Shown here piece by piece: positions 9,825-20,173 of a stretch of 64,000 nt of DNA (position 1 is its first letter; each line of letters starts with the position of its first letter). The position numbers and the translations under genes are program-made. The stretch is from positions 186,001 through 250,000 of the forward strand of contig CAWKCK010000001.1 in the NCBI GenBank assembly GCA_963848135.1. Reading direction: 5' to 3'. This stretch comes from an uncultured delta proteobacterium (lineage in GTDB: Bacteria > Desulfobacterota > Desulfobacteria > Desulfobacterales > SG8-13). The notes beneath the pieces were generated by a model. The model was given only the letters and a program-made list of their open reading frames with translations. It made no database searches and was not told the DNA's origin.

Positions 9825-10520
9825 ATGTCTCTTCCAAATCCTGGTATGACAATAGACACCACTCGTACAGCGCTGGTCATCACAGATCCTCAGAACGACT
9901 TTCTGAGTCCCGAAGGAGTTACCTGGGGCGTCGTTGGGGAAAGCGTTACAGAAAACAATACGGTAGACAATATTGAAATGCTCTTCCGGACAGCCAAAGA
10001 AGTAGGGCTGCCTGTGTTCGTATCGCCGCACTATTACTATCCGTCGGATCATGGCTGGCAGTTCGAGGGGACCCTGGAGGCGTTGATGCACAACATCGGT
10101 ATGTTTGATCGAAAAGATGCTCTGAGCCTTGAGGGTTTCGAAGGCTCTGGTGCTGATTGGCTCGACCGCTACAAACCATTCATAAAGGATGGTTCGACCG
10201 TGGTTGCCAGCCCGCACAAGGTATACGGTCCCGAATCCAACGATTTGATTTTACAACTACGCAAGCGAAACGTTGACAAGGTCGTTCTTGCTGGCATGTC
10301 GGCAAACCTGTGCGTGGAATCCCATATGAGGGAAATGTTGGAGCAGGGTTTCGAGGTGGCCGTCGTCAAAGATGCCACTGCAGCGGCCAAACTGCCCGAA
10401 GGTGACGGTTATCAGGCCGCGATGGTCAACTTCCGCTATTTGGCCAATACGGTCTGGACCACTGCCGAGGCCGTGAATGCTATCAGGAAAAGCGGCAGTG
10501 CAATAAAAAACGCTGCGTAA
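9825..10520 (+). CDS. Isochorismatase-family cysteine hydrolase
   Basis: TALVITDPQNDF, GMSANLCVES and VVKDATA motifs; RBS AAGGAGG. Confidence 0.9.
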   Translation: MSLPNPGMTIDTTRTALVITDPQNDFLSPEGVTWGVVGESVTENNTVDNIEMLFRTAKEVGLPVFVSPHYYYPSDHGWQFEGTLEALMHNIGMFDRKDALSLEGFEGSGADWLDRYKPFIKDGSTVVASPHKVYGPESNDLILQLRKRNVDKVVLAGMSANLCVESHMREMLEQGFEVAVVKDATAAAKLPEGDGYQAAMVNFRYLANTVWTTAEAVNAIRKSGSAIKNAA

Positions 10521-10535
10521 TCAAAATCGCAGGCT

Positions 10536-10565
10536 CCGGGTCGGAGGCGAAAGTCTCCGGCTCGG
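10536..10565 (+). other. Strong intercistronic hairpin with GAAA tetraloop and no U tract
   Basis: CCGGGTCGGAGGC-GAAA-GTCTCCGGCTCGG. Confidence 0.5.
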
Positions 10566-10616
10566 GTGGCGCTGACTGTCTCATCCAGGCGGTGAGATTG
10601 TGAAAGGAGATACATA

Positions 10617-11594
10617 ATGAGAAGATATGATACCATCATAGGTGCTTTGGTTATTACATGGCTGATTTTTACTGGTTTTGCTGTGGCTGAAACAGATGAA
10701 CAATCGGCGGTTGTTGAATTAAACCGATACCAAACACAATACAACACGGTTACTGTCCAAGATATGGAAATTTTTTACCGCGAGGCCGGTTCCAGAAGTG
10801 CACCGACGATTGTTTTGCTGCACGGTTTCCCCACGTCGTCCCATATGTTCCGCAACCTTATCCCTGCTTTGGCCGATCAGTTTCATCTGGTGGCCCCAGA
10901 TTATCCCGGATTTGGCAACAGCGCCATGCCGGGCGTGAAAGTATTCGACTATACCTTCGATCGGTTAGCCGATGTGATGGAGGATTTTCTGGAAAAAATC
11001 GATGTTCGGCGTTACAGCCTGTATGTCATGGATTACGGTGCCCCCATCGGTTTCAGGTTGGCAGTGCGGCATCCGGAACGGGTTGAATCTCTCATCATTC
11101 AAAATGGCAACGCATATGTAGAAGGCCTCCGTGAGTTCTGGGACCCCATCCGCAAATACTGGAAGGACCGAACACCTGAGAATGCGAAAGCACTGGCTGG
11201 CTTCATTTCGCCAGAGGGGGTTGAATGGCAATACACGAATGGTGTGAGAAATAAGGCTACCATCAGCCCTGATAATTGGAATGTAGACCTGCGTCACCTG
11301 ACCAAGGAGGGCAACCCCGCAATCCAGCTGGCCCTGTTTTACGACTACCAGAACAATATCCCCCATTACCCGGCATGGCAGGCCTATTTTCGCAAGTATC
11401 AGCCCCCCACGCTGATCGTCTGGGGAAAAAACGATTATATCTTTCCAGCAGAAGGGGCCCACCCATATAAACAAGATCTGAATAATATCGAGTTTCATTT
11501 ATTGGATACCGGACATTTCGCTCTTGAGGAAGATGGCGTCCTGATCGCTGATCTGATGCGTAGATTTTTAAGTGTGAAACTTGCTTCAAAATAG
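10617..11594 (+). CDS. Alpha/beta hydrolase (epoxide hydrolase/dehalogenase-like) with signal peptide
   Basis: [18 protein letters not shown] nucleophile elbow, DTGHF. Confidence 0.9.
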   Translation: MRRYDTIIGALVITWLIFTGFAVAETDEQSAVVELNRYQTQYNTVTVQDMEIFYREAGSRSAPTIVLLHGFPTSSHMFRNLIPALADQFHLVAPDYPGFGNSAMPGVKVFDYTFDRLADVMEDFLEKIDVRRYSLYVMDYGAPIGFRLAVRHPERVESLIIQNGNAYVEGLREFWDPIRKYWKDRTPENAKALAGFISPEGVEWQYTNGVRNKATISPDNWNVDLRHLTKEGNPAIQLALFYDYQNNIPHYPAWQAYFRKYQPPTLIVWGKNDYIFPAEGAHPYKQDLNNIEFHLLDTGHFALEEDGVLIADLMRRFLSVKLASK

Positions 11595-11699
11595 GGACTG
11601 GTGTTTGCTGGTGTCCCACTTGACGGCGAGGAACCCTTCATGTGGTAAAAAACATTGCCAAAAAACTTCTAACCCATGAAATTGCAAAAGGAGTGAATC

Positions 11700-12194
11700 A
11701 TGGGAATCCTTCAGATTGCATTGATCTTGGCTACGTTTCTGTGTTCCCTGGTGGCGGGCTTCCTTTTTGCTTTTGCTATAGTGACGATGCCAGGCATAAA
11801 AAGTTTAAATGATCGGGAGTTTATCCGGGCTTTTCAGGTGATGGATCGTGTTATCCAGAATAATCACCCGATTTTTGTGTTGGTCTGGGTCGGTTCAGTT
11901 GTGGCTTTGGTGATTTCGGCTGTGCTTGGCATCGGACGATGGGATGGAGCCGAACGGTTGCTAATAATCTTCGCGACCCTCGCATATCTTTTCGGCGTTC
12001 AATTGCCGACCATCACCATTAATATCCCGTTGAATAACAAACTACAAACTTTGGATGTTGGGAATATGAATGAAACAATGCAAAACGCAGCTCGCATGGA
12101 CTTCGAGCCGAGTTGGAACCGATGGAACTCAATCAGGACGGCTTTCGCGAGCCTGGCATCTGCCCTGTTGGTGATTTTATTATTCAGACTTTGA
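11700..12194 (+). CDS. DUF1772 / anthrone oxygenase-like membrane protein
   Basis: AGFLFAFAIVTMPG, NIPLNNKL, WNRWNSIRT. Confidence 0.85.
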   Translation: MGILQIALILATFLCSLVAGFLFAFAIVTMPGIKSLNDREFIRAFQVMDRVIQNNHPIFVLVWVGSVVALVISAVLGIGRWDGAERLLIIFATLAYLFGVQLPTITINIPLNNKLQTLDVGNMNETMQNAARMDFEPSWNRWNSIRTAFASLASALLVILLFRL

Positions 12195-12287
12195 AAAGCG
12201 CAGTAGTGGATAGTAGTAAGCCCAAGAAGCGAAATATGTTACACGGGTGTAATCCCCTTTTTCATTATCAAAAGGAGGTAGCGACAT

Positions 12288-13142
12288 ATGATCTGTGTCA
12301 CTGGAGCAGGTGGGACCGTCGGTAGTGAAGTCATCAAGAAGCTTGAATCCGCAAAGTTGCCGTTCCGAGCTGCCTACTTCTCGGAAAAGAAGGCGAAAGC
12401 TGCACGTGAGAAAAGGATCGACGCCGTCATCATGGACTACAACCGCCCGGAGATGCTTCGAGAGGCGTTTCAGGGATGTGACAAACTGTTTCTCCTTGGG
12501 CCAAACGCGCTGAACCAGACTCAGCTCGAACTCAACGCTGTCAAAGCGGCGAAGGCGGTTGGCGTTCAGCATATCGTGAAACATTCCGTCATGGGAGCCG
12601 ACAAAGAGGCGTTTAGCCTTGCTCTTGTTCATCGGCCCGTCGAGAAGGCAATTGAATCAAGCGGCATGGCCTGGACGTTTCTCCGCCCGAACAGCTTTAT
12701 GCAGAACGTCGTAACGTTCATGAGTGAGTCGATCAAGGCTGAAGCAGCGTTTTACAGCGCCAGCGGCGAGGCGAAGATCAGTCATGTGGATGTCCGTGAC
12801 ATCGCTACGGTGGCGGTGAAAGCGCTGACTGAGCCTAACCACACAGGAAGGGCCTACACGTTGACCGGGCCCGAAGCGCTGACCTATGACGAGTTTGCGG
12901 ACGAACTGTCGAAAGTGCTTGGGCGCACGATCCGTCACATCAGCCTCTCGCCCTCAGACTTTAAGCAAGGTATGCTTGCAGAGGGAATACCCGAGGAGAT
13001 AGCGGATCGGATGCTGGATTTAGAGCGTTATTTTCGCGAAGACCAGGCGAACCTGATCACAAATGATATCAAACAGGTGACTGGTCGCGATCCTAAGCGA
13101 TTTGCGAAGTACTTACGTGACTGCGCATCCTTGCCGGCATGA
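12288..13142 (+). CDS. NmrA-like atypical SDR oxidoreductase
   Basis: VTGAGGTVG, LRPNSFMQN, VDVRDIA, LTGPEALT. Confidence 0.9.
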   Translation: MICVTGAGGTVGSEVIKKLESAKLPFRAAYFSEKKAKAAREKRIDAVIMDYNRPEMLREAFQGCDKLFLLGPNALNQTQLELNAVKAAKAVGVQHIVKHSVMGADKEAFSLALVHRPVEKAIESSGMAWTFLRPNSFMQNVVTFMSESIKAEAAFYSASGEAKISHVDVRDIATVAVKALTEPNHTGRAYTLTGPEALTYDEFADELSKVLGRTIRHISLSPSDFKQGMLAEGIPEEIADRMLDLERYFREDQANLITNDIKQVTGRDPKRFAKYLRDCASLPA

Positions 13143-13398
13143 TTGGTGCGTGCAGCCTGCGACACTGGATTGGGGTCTTATGGTTCAACAGATTTGAGGC
13201 ATATCTGCCTTTCGAGACGGTCTGGGAACAGCGGCGCAGCTTAACTGTTCGACCCTAAGATGTCATCGCTTAATTCCGGCACGTAATTGCAGGATAACTA
13301 TTTTGCGGTACCGTATTTCAAATCAGTATCTACAACCATAAAATTAGTGGGAATTTCATATCACCGGATGTTTTGGCTATTATTCTGAAGTCGGTTGG

Positions 13399-13448
13399 CG
13401 ACATAACAGAGGCCAGGTATTTCGAGATACCTGGCCTCTGTTATGTCG
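13399..13448. terminator. Perfect 22-bp inverted repeat between convergent genes, probable terminator
   Basis: CGACATAACAGAGGCCAGGTAT-TTCGAG-ATACCTGGCCTCTGTTATGTCG. Confidence 0.6.
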
Positions 13449-13577
13449 TGGCAGGGGAATGGGGTACACGCTTCCTTTGTAATTTTGTCATTGCCTATAA
13501 TCTCTTGATTAAACCGTTCATCCGACTCAATAAGGCCCGCACGAAAGTGCGAGCCGCCTCTATGTGGTTCAATGCAA

Positions 13578-14072
13578 TTACTGATATGCTCCTGCTGAGT
13601 AGGTCAGTTCGTAGCTGTGAGAGTAGATTTCGATGAGGTTTCCGAAGGGGTCTTCACAATACACCATGCGGTAGGGCTTTTCGCCTGGGTAGTATTCACG
13701 CACAGGCATTCGCTGCTTGCCGCCGTTTTCCACAATCTTGGCGGCCAAACCTTCGACATCCGGGTCTTGTACGCAAAAGTGAAAGACGCCAGTTTTCCAG
13801 TATTCAAAGTTGTTTTCCCGCTGCTCGGCGTTTCGAAATTCGAAGATTTCGACTCCAATCTTATCACCTGTGGACAGGTGGGCGATACGAAAACTGCCCC
13901 AACCTTCGCCAAAGACATCGTTGCACATTACGCCTATGGCAGAATCGTCGGCAACTATCTCCGTGGGTGGCATAATCACGTACCAGCCAAGGACTTTTGT
14001 GTAGAAATCAACGGCTTGCTCAAGGTTTGTCACAGACAATCCTATATGTGAAAAGGTTCTTGGGTATCTCAT
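13578..14072 (-). CDS. VOC / lactoylglutathione lyase family protein
   Basis: FSHIGLSV..AVDFY, VEIFEF, FHFCVQD, YCEDPFGNLIE. Confidence 0.9.
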   Translation of the reverse strand: MRYPRTFSHIGLSVTNLEQAVDFYTKVLGWYVIMPPTEIVADDSAIGVMCNDVFGEGWGSFRIAHLSTGDKIGVEIFEFRNAEQRENNFEYWKTGVFHFCVQDPDVEGLAAKIVENGGKQRMPVREYYPGEKPYRMVYCEDPFGNLIEIYSHSYELTYSAGAYQ

Positions 14073-14361
14073 TTTATTGCTCCTACAGGACTGGGTTAAT
14101 GTAAGATGCTGCCCTTAGTTACGTTGATAGGGTAAGGCTTATGAATGATACTACAAGGGTACTTTTCTGTGAGACATGTACCAGTTTCTTCGTATTATCG
14201 GTTGGCGAGTATGCCGAATTTGGAAAAAAGTGGGTTTTTACAGTACACGTGGATGTTTAGATGTCTTGATATGAAAGAGACGAGAGAACCCTCTAAGATG
14301 CTATAACTATTGCAATTATTGCATTCTTAGAGGCTTAAGGCCACACTTTGGCTCAACGTCT

Positions 14362-14421
14362 TACCATATGTTGTAGTCGGCCTTCAATCTTTCAGGGTCT
14401 TTAAAAGTCGCGATTAATAGA
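14362..14421 (+). repeat. 60-bp exact direct repeat, copy 1 (copy 2 at 37452-37511)
   Basis: TACCATATGTTGTAGTCGGCCTTCAATCTTTCAGGGTCTTTAAAAGTCGCGATTAATAGA is identical at both loci. Confidence 0.9.
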
Positions 14422-14637
14422 GCAGATATTTTTAGTTCAACCAAACGGTTGATACGTTGGAGAAATCAGCAATACACGGTTTGCACAGTTAATGCCATTC
14501 CCTATCTCACCCATGAAAAATATCCGTTGGAAATTCCGGCTTCAAAAATTTGATCTCCCACTGTTGCCGTGCTATGTTTAGCCGTATTTTTTTTGGACAA
14601 TATCAATCTGGCGGCCCCAACATACCCGGAAGAAAAT

Positions 14638-15367
14638 ATGCCCAAACATCGCAAACTATCCGTTGCACTGATTGCCGAAGCCGAAAAATGGGACGGTATT
14701 CGAGCGGGGGTGGCTGCTATCGATAAAATATTGGACGGCCCTTCCTATAAGGCTGCGGCCGGGGTGAACTGGAAGGATGACCATTCGGAGCAGACCACCC
14801 CATGGCTGCCAAACGCCCGCTCCCTTCTGGTGCTGGCCATGCATCATCCCGAGGACGACCCACGGCTGGACTGGTTTGACCGGGGCAATACCGCAGGAAA
14901 CCGCCGGTTAACGGAAATTTCAGAAGCGCTGGTGGCTTGGCTGCTTCGGACCCACGGGGTTAATGCCCAAGCGTTAGCCTATCAGGTGCGAGCGGGGCGG
15001 GGTCTACCTGAAGGATGCCGCCGTGTTTGCGGGATTGGGTGTCGTAGGCAAAAACAACCTGATACTGCACCCCAGATGGGGACCCAGGGTGCGGCTTCGC
15101 TCGGTATTAATCGAAGCTCGCTTGTCTTCCAGCAGACCGCTTGAAAATTTCGATCCCTGCCGCCGCTGTGCCATGCCTTGCCGAAAGGTCTGCCCCAAAA
15201 ACGCGTTCAGTCAGGGGCAATACTACCGGCCAGCCTGCATCCAACGCCTCGATTTCGATCGGGATCATCCGATTGATAGTGGCCAAAGAGATTTTGAAGG
15301 TTCTCCGATCCTTGTAACCGAATGGTGCCGACGGTGCGAATTCACCTGCCCTGTCGGAGCGAAATAG
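14638..15367 (+). pseudogene. Epoxyqueuosine reductase (QueG)-like 2x[4Fe-4S] protein, frameshifted near 14988
   Basis: One extra base in CAG GTG C GAG CGG GGC GGG GTC TAC CTG AAG GAT joins the two ORFs. AGLGVVGKNNL, GPRVRLRSV, CxxCxxxCxxxCP and CxxCxxxCP follow. Could be an assembly indel. Confidence 0.75.
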
Positions 15368-15564
15368 CCTAAATTTTTTCTCAGGAAAGGAGCGTAGCTT
15401 AGGGGCGACCCGTGTTGATGTTCAAGTTAAAACTGTTCTATTGATTCGCGACAACCCCTCCCACGGATTCACCGATTTCCTCTTCGATCTGCTTCATGAA
15501 TAGTCTTGAAGACTGCTGCGCACGATCAAGTCTGTTCGTAAAAAATGAGTTTCCGCCATTACGC

Positions 15565-16218
15565 TCACACAAGGAAGAGAATCTGCGGTCCAAGGTCCTC
15601 TTCTCCAGTTCCGTCTATGTTGGCCCGTTGGATCGTAGGTTTTCCATTAGGCACCCAAAAAATATTTCGGCCCAACGGATCAATCGCGAAATGAGTACTA
15701 CTAGAGGCAGTTTGTGTTGATGTGGTGCGAAGAAATTCTTCGTTCTTTCCATCAAGAGCTGCTCTATGGAATCCGTTTACTGCCTCATATGTTTGAGGTC
15801 TCGGCCAATAGATTTTGCCTCCTTGAGAATTGAGCGTAAATCGACCTATATTGCTAAGGCTGTAGAAATCCAAATTAAGATCTTCTTCACCCGTGCCATC
15901 CTGATTAGCTCGGAAGATGCTCCGTGTTTGGCCATTATGCTTTTTTTGGTATATCTTTCCACATTGAGGATCAAGGCTGATATGATTGCCCGAAGAAATA
16001 TCCAGCCCAAGGTCTTCCACATCTGTGCCATCCAAGTTGGCCCTGTAGATTCTGTCGGTAGTAAAATCTTGCCAATATATTTTTCCATCGCTACTCGCTT
16101 CTACCTGATCGGTTGCAACCACCAATCCAATATTGAAAAAAAAGAAAAATCAAATTGCCGTGAGTATTGTAAAACTTTGGCGCATTACAATTGAGAATAT
16201 TTTTGGTCCAATGTACAT
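15565..16218 (-). pseudogene. Secreted YWTD/LDL-receptor-like beta-propeller protein with a premature TGA in the signal peptide and a truncated 3' end
   Basis: ATG 16218 with RBS GAGGGAG; in-frame TGA at 16150-16152; four GKIYW..RANLDGT repeats, then an abrupt end. Confidence 0.7.
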
Positions 16219-16661
16219 GATCTATTCTCCCTCACAGAGGGTCCCAATTGGCAGAGAACAGAATAATCAGACCGATTCTTGTCAATAAAAATATAAAATA
16301 CAATATATTACGTAAAATTTAATGCCACTTTATAGGTAATAGGGTTCCGTATTATTGGGAAGGTCAATACTCAGTACAGCTTGCCACAGGTTCAACTATC
16401 AAAAATCACGATGAAAATGACGATACGGTTTGGCAATCTTAATCAGATTGACCGTGTGATAGCTCAAAGGGCATAGCAGCTATCGTGAGTTGGTCAGACC
16501 TTATTTTTTGTTTACAGGTATCTGTAATTTTGGTAGTCTCAATTATATACAGATACAACTAAAATATCTGTGATCATCTTATTATTGGTTGGAGAAATCG
16601 ATAATTTTGCTCTGACAAATTTATTGCGGATAGATATCTTTGCCACCAATTGAATACTCTC

Positions 16662-16810
16662 TCAAATGCTGACACTCCGAGTATAGGTAACTATTGCGTC
16701 AATGATTTGTGGCCATGCTCCCTTTCCATTCTGCAGGTCATGTCACATACCATCAATAACCATTAACTCAGCTCCCGGTATGGCCTCTGCTGTATCTTTG
16801 TCCCCCTCTG
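16662..16810 (-). pseudogene. C-terminal remnant of an alpha/beta hydrolase
   Basis: Manual translation EGDKDTAEAIPGAELMVIDGM*HDL..WPQIIDAI, with the GMGHD motif broken by a stop. Confidence 0.55.
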
Positions 16811-17011
16811 GGGGATACTTGATGCTACCCACTATGCGTGTAGAGATTCCTTGAATCTTGAGATTTCGTCCGGTGACTTGTAAATGTTGCCGGTAATTTA
16901 AGCATATTGACAAACAAGGGCCTTTCTCAAAATTTACTTAACAAAAAGCAAGTTCTTATCATTGGGTGTGTTGATACTATAAAACTGCTCGAAAATGCAA
17001 GGGAGGAGTCA

Positions 17012-18556
17012 ATGCAAGCATGTCCCGCTCCACATAGATTCACTCGATATATTAGACTAATACTTTTAGTTACATTTTTCTTGTCAGGCGTTCTTCCTGT
17101 CACCCTTGTTCATGCCAACGATGGTGATTTCGTTTGGGCGAAGGTCATGGGCGCAGAGGAAAGCGACCAGGGACACGCTATTACCGTAGATAGTTCCGGC
17201 AGCATCTATACAACTGGCTCCTTTAAAGGCACTGTCGACTTTGACCCAGGACCGGGAATTTTCAATCTGACCAGTGCCGGTACCGCTAACGCTATTTTTA
17301 TCAGCAAACTGGATAGCAACGGCAACTTCCTCTGGGCTAAGGCCATCGGTGGACAGGTTAGCTGTATTGGATATGGTATCGCCGTAGATACTTTGGGCAA
17401 CGTATACTCCACCGGCTTTTTCTGGAACACTATCGACTTTGACCCAGGACCGGGGACTTTCGACCTGACCAGTGCAGGTTGGAGCGATATCTTTATCTGC
17501 AAACTTGACACCAAGGGTAATTTTGTCTGGGCCAAATCCATGGGGGGGACCTTATATGATAATGGATATGGTATCTCCGTAGATACCTCCGGCAATGTCT
17601 ATACCTCCGGTTACTTCCAAGGCACTGTCGACTTTGACCCCGGAACAGGGACTGCTCAATTGACCAGTGCAGGTGATCTAGATATTTTTATCAGCAAACT
17701 CGACACCAACGGCGACTTTGTCTGGGCTAGAGGCATAGGTGGAACTTTAGAAGATAGGGGATATGGTCTCTCCATAGATACTTCCGGCAATGTCTATACC
17801 ACCGGCTTCTTCCAGGGCACTGTCGACTTTGACCCAGGAATAGGGACTTTTGATTTGATCAACGCGAGTGGTTACGATATTTTTGTCAGCAAACTTGACA
17901 CCAACGGCGACTTTGTCTGGGCCAAATCCATGGGGGGGACTTTAGACAGTGAGGGGCGTGGTCTCTCCGTAGATACTTCCGGTAATGTTTATTCCACCGG
18001 GTACTTTCGAGGCGCTGTCGACTTTGATCCTGGAGACATGACTTCTGAAATATTGACCAGCATAGGAAGTAGTCAAGATATTTTTGTCAGTAAACTTGAC
18101 ACCAACGGCGGCTTTGTCTGGGCCAAATCCATGGGGGGGACCTTAAATGATAATGGGGATGGCATCTCCGTAGATAATTCCAGCAACATTCATACTACCG
18201 GCTTCTTCCAAGATACTGCCGACTTTAATCCTGGAACAGGAACATTCGATCTAATCAGCGAAGGGTCTAACGATATTTTTGTCAGCAAACTTGACACCAA
18301 CGGCGACTTTGTCTGGGCCAAATCCATGGGGGGGACTATAGATGAATATGGCAAGGGTATCTCCGTAGATACTTCCGGCAACGCTCACATCACTGGCTAC
18401 TTCCAAGGCACTGTCGACTTTGACCCCGGGATAGGGACTTTCAACCAGACTAGCGCAGCAGATAGCGACGATATCTTTATCGTTCTCCTAAGCGCGCCCC
18501 CCTCCTTCCCGTGGTATATGTTTTTGCCTGCTATTACTCGCCAAACTGCGCCCTGA
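17012..18556 (+). CDS. Secreted SBBP-type beta-propeller repeat protein (seven repeats of about 63 aa)
   Basis: Repeats of WAKSMGG..G.GISVDTSGNVY.TG.F.GTVDFDPG..DIFVSKLDTNG; signal peptide; RBS GGAGG before ATG 17012. Confidence 0.9.
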   Translation: MQACPAPHRFTRYIRLILLVTFFLSGVLPVTLVHANDGDFVWAKVMGAEESDQGHAITVDSSGSIYTTGSFKGTVDFDPGPGIFNLTSAGTANAIFISKLDSNGNFLWAKAIGGQVSCIGYGIAVDTLGNVYSTGFFWNTIDFDPGPGTFDLTSAGWSDIFICKLDTKGNFVWAKSMGGTLYDNGYGISVDTSGNVYTSGYFQGTVDFDPGTGTAQLTSAGDLDIFISKLDTNGDFVWARGIGGTLEDRGYGLSIDTSGNVYTTGFFQGTVDFDPGIGTFDLINASGYDIFVSKLDTNGDFVWAKSMGGTLDSEGRGLSVDTSGNVYSTGYFRGAVDFDPGDMTSEILTSIGSSQDIFVSKLDTNGGFVWAKSMGGTLNDNGDGISVDNSSNIHTTGFFQDTADFNPGTGTFDLISEGSNDIFVSKLDTNGDFVWAKSMGGTIDEYGKGISVDTSGNAHITGYFQGTVDFDPGIGTFNQTSAADSDDIFIVLLSAPPSFPWYMFLPAITRQTAP

Positions 18557-19339
18557 GCATTTACAGATAATGGCACGCCAGTTATCGTCGTCTACTGCTT
18601 TGCCTGATTCACTTGTAGGCGAAACAAGAAGCACGCCCCGGTCCCGAACGTGCTTTCACGCCATAGATCCCCACCCAGCTTATCGATTAACTTAGCCACT
18701 GCCAGCCCATAGCCACTCGAAGGTTCTCCCCACGTGGGTACGGAGTTGAGCTTGATACCCCGCTGAAATAGTTGCGCTTAAAACCTTCGCCTGCCATAAT
18801 AGTCCCCCACATTAAGGTTTCAAACTAAGGAACTCAGTATGTGGATCATTCAGAGAATCGCAGTATCAGATGAGCAGCAGGATTCGTATCAGAAATAAGA
18901 AAACCGCCTCAGATCGGTTGGTGTAGGAAAATCAGAAATAGTTTATAGGCATTTATATCCAAATTAATGGGTTTTATTCAACAGAATGAAGATTCCAACA
19001 ACTTGTGATACCATCATACGTATCTGAACTTTTGCGATTATGCAGATACTTGTATGTAATCTGTATAAATATCTCTGACTGACTCACCACTAAATGCTGA
19101 TGTTGCTCTTATTGTCCTTGAGAAAGTAATTGCACGATTTCTAATGTTCTATTTGTCTTGATCTTACATGAACGTCTTTACGGCACTGGCAGATTCTATG
19201 ATATCAGTATTCCAAAACAGCCTTGTTTAGGAAGTGATCATCTCAATACATCACCATAATGAAATTGGGGGTTTATTAGCGTAGTCTTGAGTCCATGAAA
19301 ATTTATACAGGCGCAACATGTGGGGCTTGGAGGGATAGT

Positions 19340-19921
19340 ATGGATAGCCTAAAGCTTTCATTTATGGAAAAAAATGACATCCAAGAATCAGCAAGAGTTC
19401 TCAGTGTTGCCATGCTCAACAATCCTCTCCACGTTGCTGTTTTTCAGGGCAAAGGTGAAAAAGAGCGCATAGAAATTGAAAAAATGTTCTGTGAACTCTT
19501 TATTGAATTACCCGGCATCGTTTTTCTGGCGAAAGAAAAACAAAATATTATCGGAGTTATGAGGATGAAGTCATGCGAGGGGCGTAAGGCTACTGATGCC
19601 CCCAAAGACGTAAAAGATGAAAATAATATTGACTGGCGTAAGTCTTTATGGCTTACGGACTGGGGTCGTCACGATCCATTGGAGCAACATTGGCATCTGG
19701 GTCCGATTGGTGTGCTGCCGACTCATCAAGGATCAGGTATTGGTTCCATAATGATGGAGCGCTTCTGTAAGGAAGTGGATGCTTGTCTGGCAAAAGCGTA
19801 CTTAGAAACAGATTTGGATAAAAATGTACGCTTTTATGAGAAATACGGGTTCAAGGTTGTTTCCGAGTCTGAAATATTCGATGTCAAAAATCGATACATG
19901 TTAAGAGCTTCACGAGCATGA
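19340..19921 (+). CDS. GNAT family N-acetyltransferase
   Basis: HWHLGPIGVLPTHQGSGIGS, AYLET, NVRFYEKYGF. Confidence 0.9.
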   Translation: MDSLKLSFMEKNDIQESARVLSVAMLNNPLHVAVFQGKGEKERIEIEKMFCELFIELPGIVFLAKEKQNIIGVMRMKSCEGRKATDAPKDVKDENNIDWRKSLWLTDWGRHDPLEQHWHLGPIGVLPTHQGSGIGSIMMERFCKEVDACLAKAYLETDLDKNVRFYEKYGFKVVSESEIFDVKNRYMLRASRA

Positions 19922-19948
19922 TTCGATTGGCTAAATCGTGTATAGTGA

Positions 19949-20037
19949 TATGTAATCAATACCCGAGCGGCGTTTAACCGGACCACAATATGTGGTTGGT
20001 GCCTTGGAAACGTCGTTGCTCCGGGTATTGGCAAGAA
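19949..20037 (+). repeat. About 90-bp hairpin-forming dispersed repeat, copy 1 (inverted copy at 57219-57307)
   Basis: Shared TGTAATCA.TACCCGAGCGGC.TTTAACCGGACCACAATATGTGG.TGGTGCCTTGG...GGTATTGGCAAGAA. Confidence 0.85.
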
Positions 20038-20173
20038 GGCACGAGCGTAGACGAATCTGGTTTTTACCAGTTACTCTCAATAAATCTGCAATTTTTTAAT
20101 AATGAGCCCAACCACAACATGTGGCATCCACCAAAGTTTATGAAATTGAACAATATTTATGAAAAATGTGCCA

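Noticed and set aside
16150..16152. In-frame TGA as a possible selenocysteine
   Set aside because: It lies in a signal peptide, is followed by a U-rich tract with no hairpin, and the gene is also truncated; a nonsense mutation is more likely.
16744..16750. In-frame TGA in the alpha/beta hydrolase remnant
   Set aside because: It corresponds to Gly of GMGHD (GGA to TGA) in a fragment, not a Cys position.
17100..18480. Periodic DNA repeats as a CRISPR array or DGR template
   Set aside because: The ~189-nt period lies within an open frame encoding propeller blades, and the differences are not adenine-specific.
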